Shown piece by piece: positions 12,501 to 27,500 of a stretch of 64,000 bases of DNA; positions within the stretch are counted from its first letter, which is position 1, and each line of letters opens with the position of its first letter. Location: the NCBI GenBank assembly GCA_965655095.1, contig OZ296655.1:27528001-27592000 (forward strand), given 5' to 3'. Made by a program: the position numbers and the translations under genes. The DNA is from Haplodiscus bocki (taxonomy: Eukaryota). Under the pieces are notes generated by a model. That model worked only from the letters and a program-made list of their open reading frames with translations, was not told where the DNA came from and made no database searches.

Positions 12501-15500
12501 TGGTCTAGGTTCAGTTGCTGTCCCAACCCTTTGGGTCTTCTCTAAACATTCTGATGCGTGAAAGATTGGGAATATTAGGGATTTTGTGACCTTGCTCAGT
12601 TCTAGGGCCGCTGAAGCTGACAATTCACCAATACATTTCCGAACTAACAAATGCAACTTGTCCGAAGGATGGATAGAACCTAATTTCCATTCAGTGTATC
12701 TTCTTTAAAAGATTTGAGGTAAGAATTCTTGATCAGCTTGATTGGATCTTTCATGTTGACCATATTGTTGATCAATCCATGTAAATATTTTGCCTCCACT
12801 GCACTCTCAACAGGAGCAGTTTCAATCATTTCGTGCTTCCACCGAAAGAATTAGCGGAGGCATTGGTGTGCTTGCTGATTAACTGTGTTTCCTTGAAACT
12901 TCATCTAATATGGTTTCAGGAATTCTCGGAGGTAAGTATAGACTGGGATGGATGAACCACATATAGAAACAGGTCATAAGGAACTGCATACAGTTGGTTG
13001 TCGCACATGATAAGTAATAGGTTCTTGTGGAGCCACAATTTGTTTGAAAAACAATGATCACCGGATGGACATATCTGGTCGTACACCTGGATTAGATTCT
13101 TCAAGTTCAATATCCCACATTTCAAATTGTATGCAGTGGCTAGCTCCTGTGGGAATACTACGGGGTGTTTTTTGGGAGCAGGCACGTCACAATTAGAATA
13201 AAAATTTTCAAATATGTTTGCGTCAGATCTATAGCAGAGCGGATCATGTCCTGGAGCTCGTTGGCTCTGAAATCAGGCTCCTTGATCAGAGCATTCACTT
13301 TTTTCAATCGCTCCCGCTTGACTGAGGAAGGCAGATTTGCCTCTTCGGTGGAACGTATGATCTTCTTGAAGGTTGTCGGTGCATCAGATAGAGCGCGCTT
13401 GAACTGATTGGAGGGAGCACTGTAAATTGAAGCAGCGGCAGTGACTGATTCATACACTTGATGCATAATGGCACACTGACATTGTAAAGAGAACTGGGTG
13501 TTTCTGCACTACTCAACTTAATAGTTTTCTAAATGGGGATACCGGTCTGCTGGCTGTTGGGGAGAATGATTGTGAGATGCAGTTTGTTCCAAGGTGTAAG
13601 GAGCATCAAGGTGTTCTCTTCTGTCTCGGAACTCATCATAATAGTAGAATTCAGTCAATTGCTTCTTCACCCCATCAAACATCTTGTGAAACTCACTGAC
13701 ACCTGCAAGAATGTGTGTCCATGCGGGAGATTTTATGCCGATAGGCACGGCTTGGACAAAAATCTGCAATTGTACTGTCTGGATTAAAATAGGTCTCAAC
13801 AATGGCATGGTAAACCTCTTCCTCCTCTTCAACTCTGCGAGAAACGATTAATTTTTGTTTTGTCTTTATAGAAGAGATGGTCAAACACCAGAAAATCGAT
13901 GTGCTGGACGATGAAGATGTTCTCAAGACACCACCTTCAGATCCGCAAGCACAGTGTCTGAAAGATAATTTTTTTTCTTGTTGTAACGGGTGAGTGTAGA
14001 TGATCCGGAAGTCTCCTCAGGCTTCAGAAAAAGCACTACCCTGCACAGAATTTTCTCAGTTCGTTCATGAACTCAGTATTGTAATGTGATGTCAAATTCG
14101 AAACAACCCTGATAGCTAGAGTTACATCAATACCACACACAACGTTTTTCCCGGATGATGCATTGGACCCTGTGTAACTATGTATCTTCTTGAAGGCACT
14201 CACTTTCAATCCAGTCATCCATCCCCATATGTCCTGGAGAATACCCTCATTCCCTCCGAGGTGGCCAGTCCATGTTCTAGATTCTGTCTCTGGGGTCCCG
14301 GGAACATCAGATGCGGAAGGTGAATAAAAGCCTCCCTACCGGTGAATTGGTTGGCGAAATGTCATACGACACCTCTCGATCAAGTGGTCCTACTGAAGTA
14401 TGTCTTTTGCTATCCTGAAAAACGGCATTTCAAGCTCAAGCTGGAAGAAGAGGTTCCAAGGTGTAAAATCAATCTCATTGATAACCCATGACCGTGAGTA
14501 TCAACTTTTTTGATAGTTTGTGAAACCGATGATTCAACTGACCGCCAATCTCGGTAACAGGCTTGAATGAAGAACTTGGTATCATGTACTGGCGGAATTT
14601 TTTTAACACTGGCCATTGTCATTCGAGGTTTGAAATGTTGGGAGATTAGTGTTGCTTTGAACTCTTTCTTCAAAGTCGGCTTGACAACGAGGTCAGCTTG
14701 TTCAAATCCATAGGATTCAATCAGGTCTCCATGCTCTTAAAGGTCCTTTTGTTTGAATTTTCTGACTGTCATCCTGTATTTGTCTTTGACATCTGTTGCA
14801 AAAGTTTTTGAAATGAGGGGCTTGAGGAGCTTGGCTTTTGTCCTTAATGGTTGCGGCAGGGCCAATATGATAGTCAAAGTTATACATACAACTTTCCACA
14901 TTTAACCTTAATAATCTCCCATGTCCCACATGCACATGTCAACAGCATTTGGAGGGTCTTTCTCCTTTGCTAGCTTGTGGAAACTTCGGGACAAAGTATC
15001 CAAGTTCGTTATCCGGGGCCATTTCTTTCTACGGTGGTAATGGTAGACTATCATGGCTACTAATCCCTCAGTTTTTACTTCTTGGGTCTTCTAATGGTCT
15101 AGGTTCAGTTGCTGTCCCAACCCTTTGGGTCTTCTCTAAACATTCTGATGCGTGAAAGATTGGGAATATTAGGGATTTTGTGACCTTGCTCAGTTCTAGG
15201 GCCGCTGAAGCTGACAATTCACCAATACATTTCCGAACTAACAAATGCAACTTGTCCGAAGGATGGATAGAACCTAATTTCCATTCAGTGTATCTTCTTT
15301 AAAAGATTTGAGGTAAGAATTCTTGATCAGCTTGATCGGATCTTTCATGTTGACCATATTGTTGATCAATCCATGTAAATATTTTGCCTCCACTGCACTC
15401 TCAACAGGAGCAGTTTCAATCATTTCGTGCTTCCACCGAAAGAATTAGCGGAGGCATTGGTGTGCTTGCTGATTAACTGTGTTTCCTTGAAACTTCATCT

Positions 15501-18500
15501 AATATGGTTTCAGGAATTCTCGGAGGTAAGTATAGACTGGGATGGATGAACCACATATAGAAACAGGTCATAAGGAACTGCATACAGTTGGTTGTCGCAC
15601 ATGATAAGTAATAGGTTCTTGTGGAGCCACAATTTGTTTGAAAAACAATGATCACCGGATGGACATATCTGGTCGTACACCTGGATTAGATTCTTCAAGT
15701 TCAATATCCCACATTTCAAATTGTATGCAGTGGCTAGCTCCTGTGGGAATACTACGGGGTGTTTTTTGGGAGCAGGCACGTCACAATTAGAATAAAAATT
15801 TTCAAATATGTTTGCGTCAGATCTATAGCAGAGCGGATCATGTCCTGGAGCTCGTTGGCTCTGAAATCAGGCTCCTTGATCAGAGCATTCACTTTTTTCA
15901 ATCGCTCCCGCTTGACTGAGGAAGGCAGATTTGCCTCTTCGGTGGAACGTATGATCTTCTTGAAGGTTGTCGGTGCATCAGATAGAGCGCGCTTGAACTG
16001 ATTGGAGGGAGCACTGTAAATTGAAGCAGCGGCAGTGACTGATTCATACACTTGATGCATAATGGCACACTGACATTGTAAAGAGAACTGGGTGTTTCTG
16101 CACTACTCAACTTAATAGTTTTCTAAATGGGGATACCGGTCTGCTGGCTGTTGGGGAGAATGATTGTGAGATGCAGTTTGTTCCAAGGTGTAAGGAGCAT
16201 CAAGGTGTTCTCTTCTGTCTCGGAACTCATCATAATAGTAGAATTCAGTCAATTGCTTCTTCACCCCCTCAAACATCTTGTGAAACTCACTGACACCTGC
16301 AAGAATGTGGGTCAATGCGGGAGATTTTATGCCGATAGGCACGGCTTGGACAAAAATCTGCAATTGTACTGTCTGGATTAAAATAGGTCTCAACAATGGC
16401 ATGGTAAACCTCTTCCTCCTCTTCAACTCTGCGAGAAACGATTAATTTTTGTTTTGTCTTTATAGAAGAGATGGTCAAACACCAGAAAATCGATGTGCTG
16501 GACGATGAAGATGTTCTCAAGACACCACCTTCAGATCCGCAAGCACAGTGTCTGAAAGATAATTTTTTTTCTTGTTGTAACGGGTGAGTGTAGATGATCC
16601 GGAAGTCTCCTCAGGCTTCAGAAAAAGCACTACCCTGCACAGAATTTTCTCAGTTCGTTCATGAACTCAGTATTGTAATGTGATGTCAAATTCGAAACAA
16701 CCCTGATAGCTAGAGTTACATCAATACCACACACAACGTTTTTCCCGGATGATGCATTGGACCCTGTGTAACTATGTATCTTCTTGAAGGCACTCACTTT
16801 CAATCCAGTCATCCATCCCCATATGTCCTGGAGAATACCCTCATTCCCTCCGAGGTGGCCAGTCCATGTTCTAGATTCTGTCTCTGGGGTCCCGGGAACA
16901 TCAGATGCGGAAGGTGAATAAAAGCCTCCCTACCGGTGAATTGGTTGGCGAAATGTCATACGACACCTCTCGATCAAGTGGTCCTACTGAAGTATGTCTT
17001 TTGCTATCCTGAAAAACGGCATTTCAAGCTCAAGCTGGAAGAAGAGGTTCCAAGGTGTAAAATCAATCTCATTGATAACCCATGACCGTGAGTATCAACT
17101 TTTTTGATAGTTTGTGAAACCGATGATTCAACTGACCGCCAATCTCGGTAACAGGCTTGAATGAAGAACTTGGTATCATGTACTGGCGGAATTTTTTTAA
17201 CACTGGCCATTGTCATTCGAGGTTTGAAATGTTGGGAGATTAGTGTTGCTTTGAACTCTTTCTTCAAAGTCGGCTTGACAACGAGGTCAGCTTGTTCAAA
17301 TCCATAGGATTCAATCAGGTCTCCATGCTCTTAAAGGTCCTTTTGTTTGAATTTTCTGACTGTCATCCTGTATTTGTCTTTGACATCTGTTGCAAAACAG
17401 TTTTTGAAATGAGGGGCTTGAGGAGCTTGGCTTTTGTCCTTAATGGTTGCGGCAGGGCCAATATGATAGTCAAAGTTATACATACAACTTTCCACATTTA
17501 ACCTTAATAATCTCCCATGTCCCACATGCACATGTCAACAGCATTTGGAGGGTCTTTCTCCTTTGCTAGCTTGTGGAAACTTCGGGACAAAGTATCCAAG
17601 TTCGTTATCCGGGGCCATTTCTTTCTACGGTGGTAATGGTAGACTATCATGGCTACTAATCCCTCAGTTTTTACTTCTTGGGTCTTCTAATGGTCTAGGT
17701 TCAGTTGCTGTCCCAACCCTTTGGGTCTTCTCTAAACATTCTGATGCGTGAAAGATTGGGAATATTAGGGATTTTGTGACCTTGCTCAGTTCTAGGGCCG
17801 CTGAAGCTGACAATTCACCAATACATTTCCGAACTAACAAATGCAACTTGTCCGAAGGATGGATAGAACCTAATTTCCATTCAGTGTATCTTCTTTAAAA
17901 GATTTGAGGTAAGAATTCTTGATCAGCTTGATCGGATCTTTCATGTTGACCATATTGTTGATCAATCCATGTAAATATTTTGCCTCCACTGCACTCTCAA
18001 CAGGAGCAGTTTCAATCATTTCGTGCTTCCACCGAAAGAATTAGCGGAGGCATTGGTGTGCTTGCTGATTAACTGTGTTTCCTTGAAACTTCATCTAATA
18101 TGGTTTCAGGAATTCTCGGAGGTAAGTATAGACTGGGATGGATGAACCACATATAGAAACAGGTCATAAGGAACTGCATACAGTTGGTTGTCGCACATGA
18201 TAAGTAATAGGTTCTTGTGGAGCCACAATTTGTTTGAAAAACAATGATCACCGGATGGACATATCTGGTCGTACACCTGGATTAGATTCTTCAAGTTCAA
18301 TATCCCACATTTCAAATTGTATGCAGTGGCTAGCTCCTGTGGGAATACTACGGGGTGTTTTTTGGGAGCAGGCACGTCACAATTAGAATAAAAATTTTCA
18401 AATATGTTTGCGTCAGATCTATAGCAGAGCGGATCATGTCCTGGAGCTCGTTGGCTCTGAAATCAGGCTCCTTGATCAGAGCATTCACTTTTTTCAATCG

Positions 18501-21500
18501 CTCCCGCTTGACTGAGGAAGGCAGATTTGCCTCTTCGGTGGAACGTATGATCTTCTTGAAGGTTGTCGGTGCATCAGATAGAGCGCGCTTGAACTGATTG
18601 GAGGGAGCACTGTAAATTGAAGCAGCGGCAGTGACTGATTCATACACTTGATGCATAATGGCACACTGACATTGTAAAGAGAACTGGGTGTTTCTGCACT
18701 ACTCAACTTAATAGTTTTCTAAATGGGGATACCGGTCTGCTGGCTGTTGGGGAGAATGATTGTGAGATGCAGTTTGTTCCAAGGTGTAAGGAGCATCAAG
18801 GTGTTCTCTTCTGTCTCGGAACTCATCATAATAGTAGAATTCAGTCAATTGCTTCTTCACCCCATCAAACATCTTGTGAAACTCACTGACACCTGCAAGA
18901 ATGTGGGTCCATGCGGGAGATTTTATGCCGATAGGCACGGCTTGGACAAAAATCTGCATTTGTACTGTCTGGATTAAAATAGGTCTCAACAATGGCATGG
19001 TAAACCTCTTCCTCCTCTTCAACTCTGCGAGAAACGATTAATTTTTGTTTTGTCTTTATAGAAGAGATGGTCAAACACCAGAAAATCGATGTGCTGGACG
19101 ATGAAGATGTTCTCAAGACACCACCTTCAGATCCGCAAGCACAGTGTCTGAAAGATAATTTTTTTTCTTGTTGTAACGGGTGAGTGTAGATGATCCGGAA
19201 GTCTCCTCAGGCTTCAGAAAAAGCACTACCCTGCACAGAATTTTCTCAGTTCGTTCATGAACTCAGTATTGTAATGTGATGTCAAATTCGAAACAACCCT
19301 GATAGCTAGAGTTACATCAATACCACACACAACGTTTTTCCCGGATGATGCATTGGACCCTGTGTAACTATGTATCTTCTTGAAGGCACTCACTTTCAAT
19401 CCAGTCATCCATCCCCATATGTCCTGGAGAATACCCTCATTCCCTCCGAGGTGGCCAGTCCATGTTCTAGATTCTGTCTCTGGGGTCCCGGGAACATCAG
19501 ATGCGGAAGGTGAATAAAAGCCTCCCTACCGGTGAATTGGTTGGCGAAATGTCATACGACACCTCTCGATCAAGTGGTCCTACTGAAGTATGTCTTTTGC
19601 TATCCTGAAAAACGGCATTTCAAGCTCAAGCTGGAAGAAGAGGTTCCAAGGTGTAAAATCAATCTCATTGATAACCCATGACCGTGAGTATCAACTTTTT
19701 TGATAGTTTGTGAAACCGATGATTCAACTGACCGCCAATCTCGGTAACAGGCTTGAATGAAGAACTTGGTATCATGTACTGGCGGAATTTTTTTAACACT
19801 GGCCATTGTCATTCGAGGTTTGAAATGTTGGGAGATTAGTGTTGCTTTGAACTCTTTCTTCAAAGTCGGCTTGACAACGAGGTCAGCTTGTTCAAATCCA
19901 TAGGATTCAATCAGGTCTCCATGCTCTTAAAGGTCCTTTTGTTTGAATTTTCTGACTGTCATCCTGTATTTGTCTTTGACATCTGTTGCAAAACAGTTTT
20001 TGAAATGAGGGGCTTGAGGAGCTTGGCTTTTGTCCTTAATGGTTGCGGCAGGGCCAATATGATAGTCAAAGTTATACATACAACTTTCCACATTTAACCT
20101 TAATAATCTCCCATGTCCCACATGTCAGCAGCATTTGGTGGGTCTTTCTCCTTTGCTAGCTTGTGGAAACTTCGGGACAAAGTATCCAAGTTCGTTATCC
20201 GGGGCCATTTCTTTCTACGGTGGTAATGGTAGACTATCATGGCTACTAATCCCTCAGTTTTTACTTCTTGGGTCTTCTAATGGTCTAGGTTCAGTTGCTG
20301 TCCCAACCCTTTGGGTCTTCTCTAAACATTCTGATGCGTGAAAGATTGGGAATATTAGGGATTTTGTGACATTGCTCAGTTCTAGGGCCGCTGAAGTTGA
20401 CAATTGACAGACTTGAGATAAGAATTCTTGATCAGCTTGATCGGATCTTCCATGTTGACCATATTGTTGATCAATCCATGTAAATATTTTGCCTCCACTG
20501 CACTCTCAACAGGAGCAGTTTCAATCATTCCGTGCTTCCACCGAAAAAAATAGCGGAGGTGTTGGTGTGCTTGCTGATTAACTGTGTTTCCTTGAAGCTT
20601 CATCTCATATGGATCCAGGATTTCTCGGAGGTAAGTATAGACTGGGATGGATGAACCACATATAGAAACAGGTCATAAGGAACTGCATACAGTTGGTTGT
20701 CGCACATGATAAGTAATAGGTTCTTGTGGAGCCACAATTTGTTTGAAAGACAATGATCACCGGATGGACATATCTGGTCGTACACCTGGATTAGATTCTT
20801 CAAATTCAATATCCCACATTTCAAATTGTATGCAATGGCTAGCTCCTGTGGGAATACTACGGGGTGTTTTTTGGGAGCAGGCACGTCACAGTTGGAATAA
20901 AAATTTTCAATTATGTTTGAGTCAGATCTATAGCAGAGCGGATCATGTCATGGAGCTCGTTGGCTCTGAAATCAGGCTCCTTGATCAGAGCATTCACTTT
21001 TTTCAATGGCTCCCGCTTGACTGAGGAAGGCAGATTTGCTTCTTTGGTGGAACGTATGATCTTCTTGAAGGTGTCGGTGCATCAGATAGAGCGCGCTTGA
21101 ACTGATTGGAGGGAGCACTGTAAATTGAAGCAGCGGCTGTGACTGATTCATAAACTTGATGCATAATGGGACACTGACATTGTAAAGAGAACTGGGTGTT
21201 TCTGCACTAATCAACTTAATAGTTTTCTAAATGGGGATACCGGTCTGCTGGCTGTTGCGTAGAGTGATGGTGAGATGCAGTTTGTTCCAAGGTTAAAGGA
21301 GCATCAAGGTGTTCTCTTCTGTCTCGGAACTCATCATAATGGTAGAATTCAGTCAATTGCTTCTTCACCCCATCAAACATCTTGTGAAACTCACTGACAC
21401 CTGCAAGAATGTGGGTCCATGCGGGAGATTTTAAGCCGATAGGCACGGCTGGGACAAAAATCTGCAATTGTACTGTCTGGATTACAATAGATCTCAACAA

Positions 21501-24500
21501 TAGCATGGTAAACCTCTTCCTCCTCTTCAACTCTGCGAGAAACGATTAATTTTTGTTTTGTCTTCATAAAAGAGATGGTCAAACACCAGATAGTCGATGT
21601 GCTGGACGATGAAGATGTTCTCAAGACACCACCTTCAGATCCGCAAGCACAGTGTCTGAGAGATAATTTTTTTCTTGTTGTAACGGGTGAGGGTAGATGA
21701 TCCGGAAGTCTCCTCAGGCTTCAGAAAAAGCACTACCCTGCACAGAATTTTCTCAGTTCGTTCATGAACTCAGTATTGTAATGTGATGTCAAATTCGAAA
21801 CAACCCTGATAGCTGGCGTTACATCAATACCACACACAACCTTTTTCCCGGATGATGCTTTGGACCCTGTGTAACTATGTATCTTCTTGAAGGCACTCAC
21901 TTTCAATCCAGTCATCCATCCCCATATGTCCTGGAGAATACCCTCATTCCCTCCGAGGTGACCAGTCCATGTTCTAGTTTCTGTCTCTGGGGTCCCGGGA
22001 ACATCAGATGCGGAAGGTGAATAAAAGCCTCCCTACCGGTGAATTGGTTGGCGAAATGTCATACGACACCTCTCGATCAAGTGGTCCTGCTGAAGTATGT
22101 CATTTGCTATCCTGAAAAACGGCATTTCAAGCTCAAGCTGGAAGAAGAGGTTCCAAGGTGTAAAATCAATCTCATTGATAACCCATGACCGTGAGTATCA
22201 ACTTTTTTTGATAGTTTGTGGAACCGATGATTCAACTGATTGCCAATCTCGGTAACAGGCTTGGATGAAAAACTTGGAATCATGTACTGGCGGAATTTTT
22301 TCAACACTGGCATTTATCATTCGAGGTTTGAAATGCTGGGAGATTAGTGTTGCTTTGAACTCTTTCTTCAAAGTCGGCTTGACAACGAGGTCAGCTTGTT
22401 CAAATCCATAGGATTCAATCAGGTCTCCATGCTCTTAAAGGTCCATTTGTTTGAATATTCTGACTGTCATCCTGTATTTGTCTTTGACATCTGTTGCAAA
22501 ACAGTTTTTGAAATGAGGGGCTTGAAGAGCTTGGCTTTTGTCCTTAATGGTTGCGACAGGGCCAATGTGATAGTCAAAGTTATACATACAACTTTCCACA
22601 TTTAACCTTAATAATCTCCCATGTCCCACAGGTCAGCATTATTTGGTGGGTCTTTCTCCTTTGCTAGCTTGTGGAAACTTGGCGAAAAAGTATCCAAGTT
22701 CGTTATCAGGGGCCATTTTTTTCTAGGGTGGTAATGGTAGGCTATAATGGCTACTAATCCCTCAGTTTTTACTTCTTGGGTCTTCTAATGGTCTAGGTTC
22801 AGTTGCTGTCCCAACCCTTTGGGTCTTCTCTAAACATTCTGATGCGTGAAAGATTGGGAATATTAGGGATTTTGTGACCTTGCTCAGTTCTAGGGCCGCT
22901 GAAGCTGACAATTCACCAATACATTTCCGAACTAACAAATGCAACTTGTCCGAAGGATGGATAGAACCTAATTTCCATTCAGTGTATCTTCTTTAAAAGA
23001 TTTGAGGTAAGAATTCTTGATCAGCTTGATCGGATCTTTCATGTTGACCATATTGTTGATCAATCCATGTAAATATTTTGCCTCCACTGCACTCTCAACA
23101 GGAGCAGTTTCAATCATTTCGTGCTTCCACCGAAAGAATTAGCGGAGGCATTGGTGTGCTTGCTGATTAACTGTGTTTCCTTGAAACTTCATCTCATATG
23201 GATCCAGGAATTCTCGGAGGTAAGTATAGACTGGGATGGATGAACCACATATAGAAACAGGTCATAAGGAACTGCATACAGTTGGTTGTCGCACATGATA
23301 AGTAATAGGTTCTTGTGGAGCCACAATTTGTTTGAAAGACAATGATCACCGGATGGACATATCTGGTCGTACACCTGGATTAGATTCTTCAAATTCAATA
23401 TCCCACATTTCAAATTGTATGCAATGGCTAGCTCCTGTGGGAATACTACGGGGTGTTTTTTGGGAGCAGGCACGTCACAGTTGGATTAAAAATTTTCAAT
23501 TATGTTTGAGTCAGATCTATAGCAGAGCGGATCATGTCATGGAGCTCGTTGGCTCTGAAATCAGGCTCCTTGATCAGAGCATTCACTTTTTTCAATCGCT
23601 CCCGCTTGACTGAGGAAGGCAGATTTGCTTCTTTGGTGGAACGTATGATCTTCTTGAAGGTGTCGGTGCATCAGATAGAGCGCGCTTGAACTGATTGGAG
23701 GGAGCACTGTAAATTGAAGCAGCGGCAGTGACTGAGTCTTACACTTGATGCATAATGGCACACTGACATTCTACAGAGAACTGGGTGTTTCTGCACTACT
23801 CAACTTAATAATTTTCTAAATTGGGATACCGGTCTGCTGGCTGTTGGGGAGAATGATTGTGAGATGCAGTTTGTTCCAAGGTGTAAGGAGCATCAAGGTG
23901 TTCTCTTCTGTCTCGGAACTCATCATAATAGTAGAATTCAGTCAATTGCTTCTTCACCCCATCAAACATCTTGTGAAACTCACTGACACCTGCAAGAATG
24001 TGGGTCAATGCGGGAGATTTTATGCCGATAGGCACGGCTTGGACAAAAATCTGCAATTGTACTGTCTGGATTAAAATAGGTCTCAACAATGGCATGGTAA
24101 ACCTCTTCCTCCTCTTCAACTCTGCGAGAAACGATTAATTTTTGTTTTGTCTTTATAGAAGAGATGGTCAAACACCAGAAAATCGATGTGCTGGACGATG
24201 AAGATGTTCTCAAGACACCACCTTCAGATCCGCAAGCACAGTGTCTGAAAGATAATTTTTTTTCTTGTTGTAACGGGTGAGTGTAGATGATCCGGAAGTC
24301 TCCTCAGGCTTCAGAAAAAGCACTACCCTGCACAGAATTTTCTCAGTTCGTTCATGAACTCAGTATTGTAATGTGATGTCAATTTCGAAACAACCCTGAT
24401 AGCTAGAGTTACATCAATACCACACACAACGTTTTTCCCGGATGATGCATTGGACCCTGTGTAACTATGTATCTTCTTGAAGGCACTCACTTTCAATCCA

Positions 24501-27500
24501 GTCATCCATCCCCATATGTCCTGGAGAATACCCTCATTCCCTCCGAGGTGGCCAGTCCATGTTCTAGATTCTGTCTCTGGGGTCCCGGGAACATCAGATG
24601 CGGAAGGTGAATAAAAGCCTCCCTACCGGTGAATTGGTTGGCGAAATGTCATACGACACCTCTCGATCAAGTGGTCCTACTGAAGTATGTCTTTTGCTAT
24701 CCTGAAAAACGGCATTTCAAGCTCAAGCTGGAAGGAGAGGTTCCAAGGTGTAAAATCAATCTCATTGATAACCCATGACCGTGAGTATCAACTTTTTTGA
24801 TAGTTTGTGAAACCGATGATTCAACTGACCGCCAATCTCGGTAACAGGCTTGAATGAAGAACTTGGTATCATGTACTGGCGGAATTTTTTTAACACTGGC
24901 CATTGTCATTCGAGGTTTGAAATGTTGGGAGATTAGTGTTGCTTTGAACTCTTTCTTCAAAGTCGGCTTGACAACGAGGTCAGCTTGTTCAAATCCATAG
25001 GATTCAATCAGGTCTCCATGCTCTTAAAGGTCCTTTTGTTTGAATTTTCTGACTGTCATCCTGTATTTGTCTTTGACATCTGTTGCAAAACAGTTTTTGA
25101 AATGAGGGTCTTGAGGAGCTTGGCTTTTGTCCTTAATGGTTGCGGCAGGGCCAATATGATAGTCAAAGTTATACATACAACTTTCCACATTTAACCTTAA
25201 TAATCTCCCATGTCCCACATGTCAGCAGCATTTGGTGGGTCTTTCTCCTTTGCTAGCTTGTGGAAACTTGGGCACAAAGTATCCAAATTCGTTATCAGGG
25301 GCCATTTCTTTCTACGGTGGTAATGGTAGACTACCATGTCTACTAATCCCTCAGTTTTTACTTCTTGGGTCTTCTAATGGTCTAGGTTCAGTTGCTGTCC
25401 CAACCCTTTGGGTCTTCTCTAAACATTCTGATGCGTCAAAGATTGGGAATATTAGGGATTTTGTGACATTGCTCAGTTCTAGGGCCGCTGAAGCTGACAA
25501 TTCACCAATACATTTCCGAACTAACAATTGCAACTTGTCCGAAGGATGGATAGAACCTAATTTCCATTCAATGTATCTTCTTTGAAAGACTTGAGGTAAG
25601 AATTCTTGATCAGCTTGATCGGATCTTCCATGTTGACCATATTGTTGATCAATCCATGTAAATGTTTTGCCTCCACTGCACTCTCAACAGGAGCAGTTGC
25701 AACCATTTCGTGCTTCCACCGAAAAAAAAATAGCGGAGGTATTGATGTGCTTGCTGATTAACTGTGTTTCCTTGAAGCTTCATCTCATATGGATCCAGGA
25801 AACCTCGGATGTAAGTATAGACTGGGATGGATGAACCACAGATAGAAACAGGTCTGAAGGAACTGCATACAGTTGGTTGTCGCACATGATAAGTAATAGG
25901 TTCTTGTGGAGCCACAATTTGTTTGCAAGACAATGATCACCGGATGGACATATCTGGTGGTACACCTGGATTAGATTCTTCGAATTCATTATCCCACATT
26001 TCAAGTTGTATGCAATGGCCAGCTCCTGTGGGAATACTACGGGGTGTTTTTTGGGAGCAGGCACGTCAGTTAGAATAAAAATTTTCTAATTATGTTTGAG
26101 TCCGATCTATAGCAGAGCGGATCTTGTCCTGGAGCTCGTTGGCTCTGAAATTAGACTCCTTGATTAGAGCATTCACTTTTTTCAATCGCTCCCGCTTGGT
26201 TGAGGAAGGCAGATTTGCCTCTTCGGTGGAACGTATGATCTTCTTGAAGGTTGTCGGTGCATCAGATAGAGCGCGCTTGAACTGATTGGATGGAGAACTG
26301 TAAATTGAAGCAGCGGCAGTGACTGATTCATACACCTGATGCATAATGGCACACTGTCATTCTCAACTGGGTGTTTCTGCACTACTCAACTTATTAGTTC
26401 TCTAAATGGGGATACCGGATTGCTGGCTGTTGGGGAGAATGATGGTGAGATGCAGTTTGTTCCAAGGCTACAGGAGCATCAAGGTGTTCTCTTCTGTCTC
26501 GGAACTCATCATATTGGTAGAATTCAGTCAATTGCTTCTTCACCCCATCAAACATCTTGTGAAACTCACTGACACCTGCAAGAATGTGGGTCCATGCGGG
26601 AGATTTTAAGCCGATAGGCACGGCTGGGACAAAAATCTGCAATTGTACTGTCTGGATTACAATAGATCTCAACAATAGCATGGTAAACCTCTTCCTCCTC
26701 TTCAACTCTGCGAGAAACGATTAATTTTTGTTTTGTCTTCATAAAAGAGATGGTCAAACACCAGATAGTCGATGTGCTGGACGATGAAGATGTTCTCAAG
26801 ACACCACCTTCAGATCCGCAAGCACAGTGTCTGAGAGATAATTTTTTTCTTGTTGTAACGGGTGAGGGTAGATGATCCGGAAGTCTCCTCAGGCTTCAGA
26901 AAAAGCACTACCCTGCACAGAATTTTCTCAGTTCGTTCATGAACTCAGTATTGTAATGTGATGTCAAATTCGAAACAACCCTGATAGCTGGCGTTACATC
27001 AATACCACACACAACCTTTTTCCCGGATGATGCTTTGGACCCTGTGTAACTATGTATCTTCTTGAAGGCACTCACTTTCAATCCAGTCATCCATCCCCAT
27101 ATGTCCTGGAGAATACCCTCATTCCCTCCGAGGTGACCAGTCCATGTTCTAGTTTCTGTCTCTGGGGTCCCGGGAACATCAGATGCGGAAGGTGAATAAA
27201 AGCCTCCCTACCGGTGAATTGGTTGGCGAAATGTCATACGACACCTCTCGATCAAGTGGTCCTGCTGAAGTATGTCATTTGCTATCCTGAAAAACGGCAT
27301 TTCAAGCTCAAGCTGGAAGAAGAGGTTCCAAGGTGTAAAATCAATCTCATTGATAACCCATGACCGTGAGTATCAACTTTTTTTGATAGTTTGTGGAACC
27401 GATGATTCAACTGATTGCCAATCTCGGTAACAGGCTTGGATGAAAAACTTGGAATCATGTACTGGCGGAATTTTTTCAACACTGGCATTTATCATTCGAG

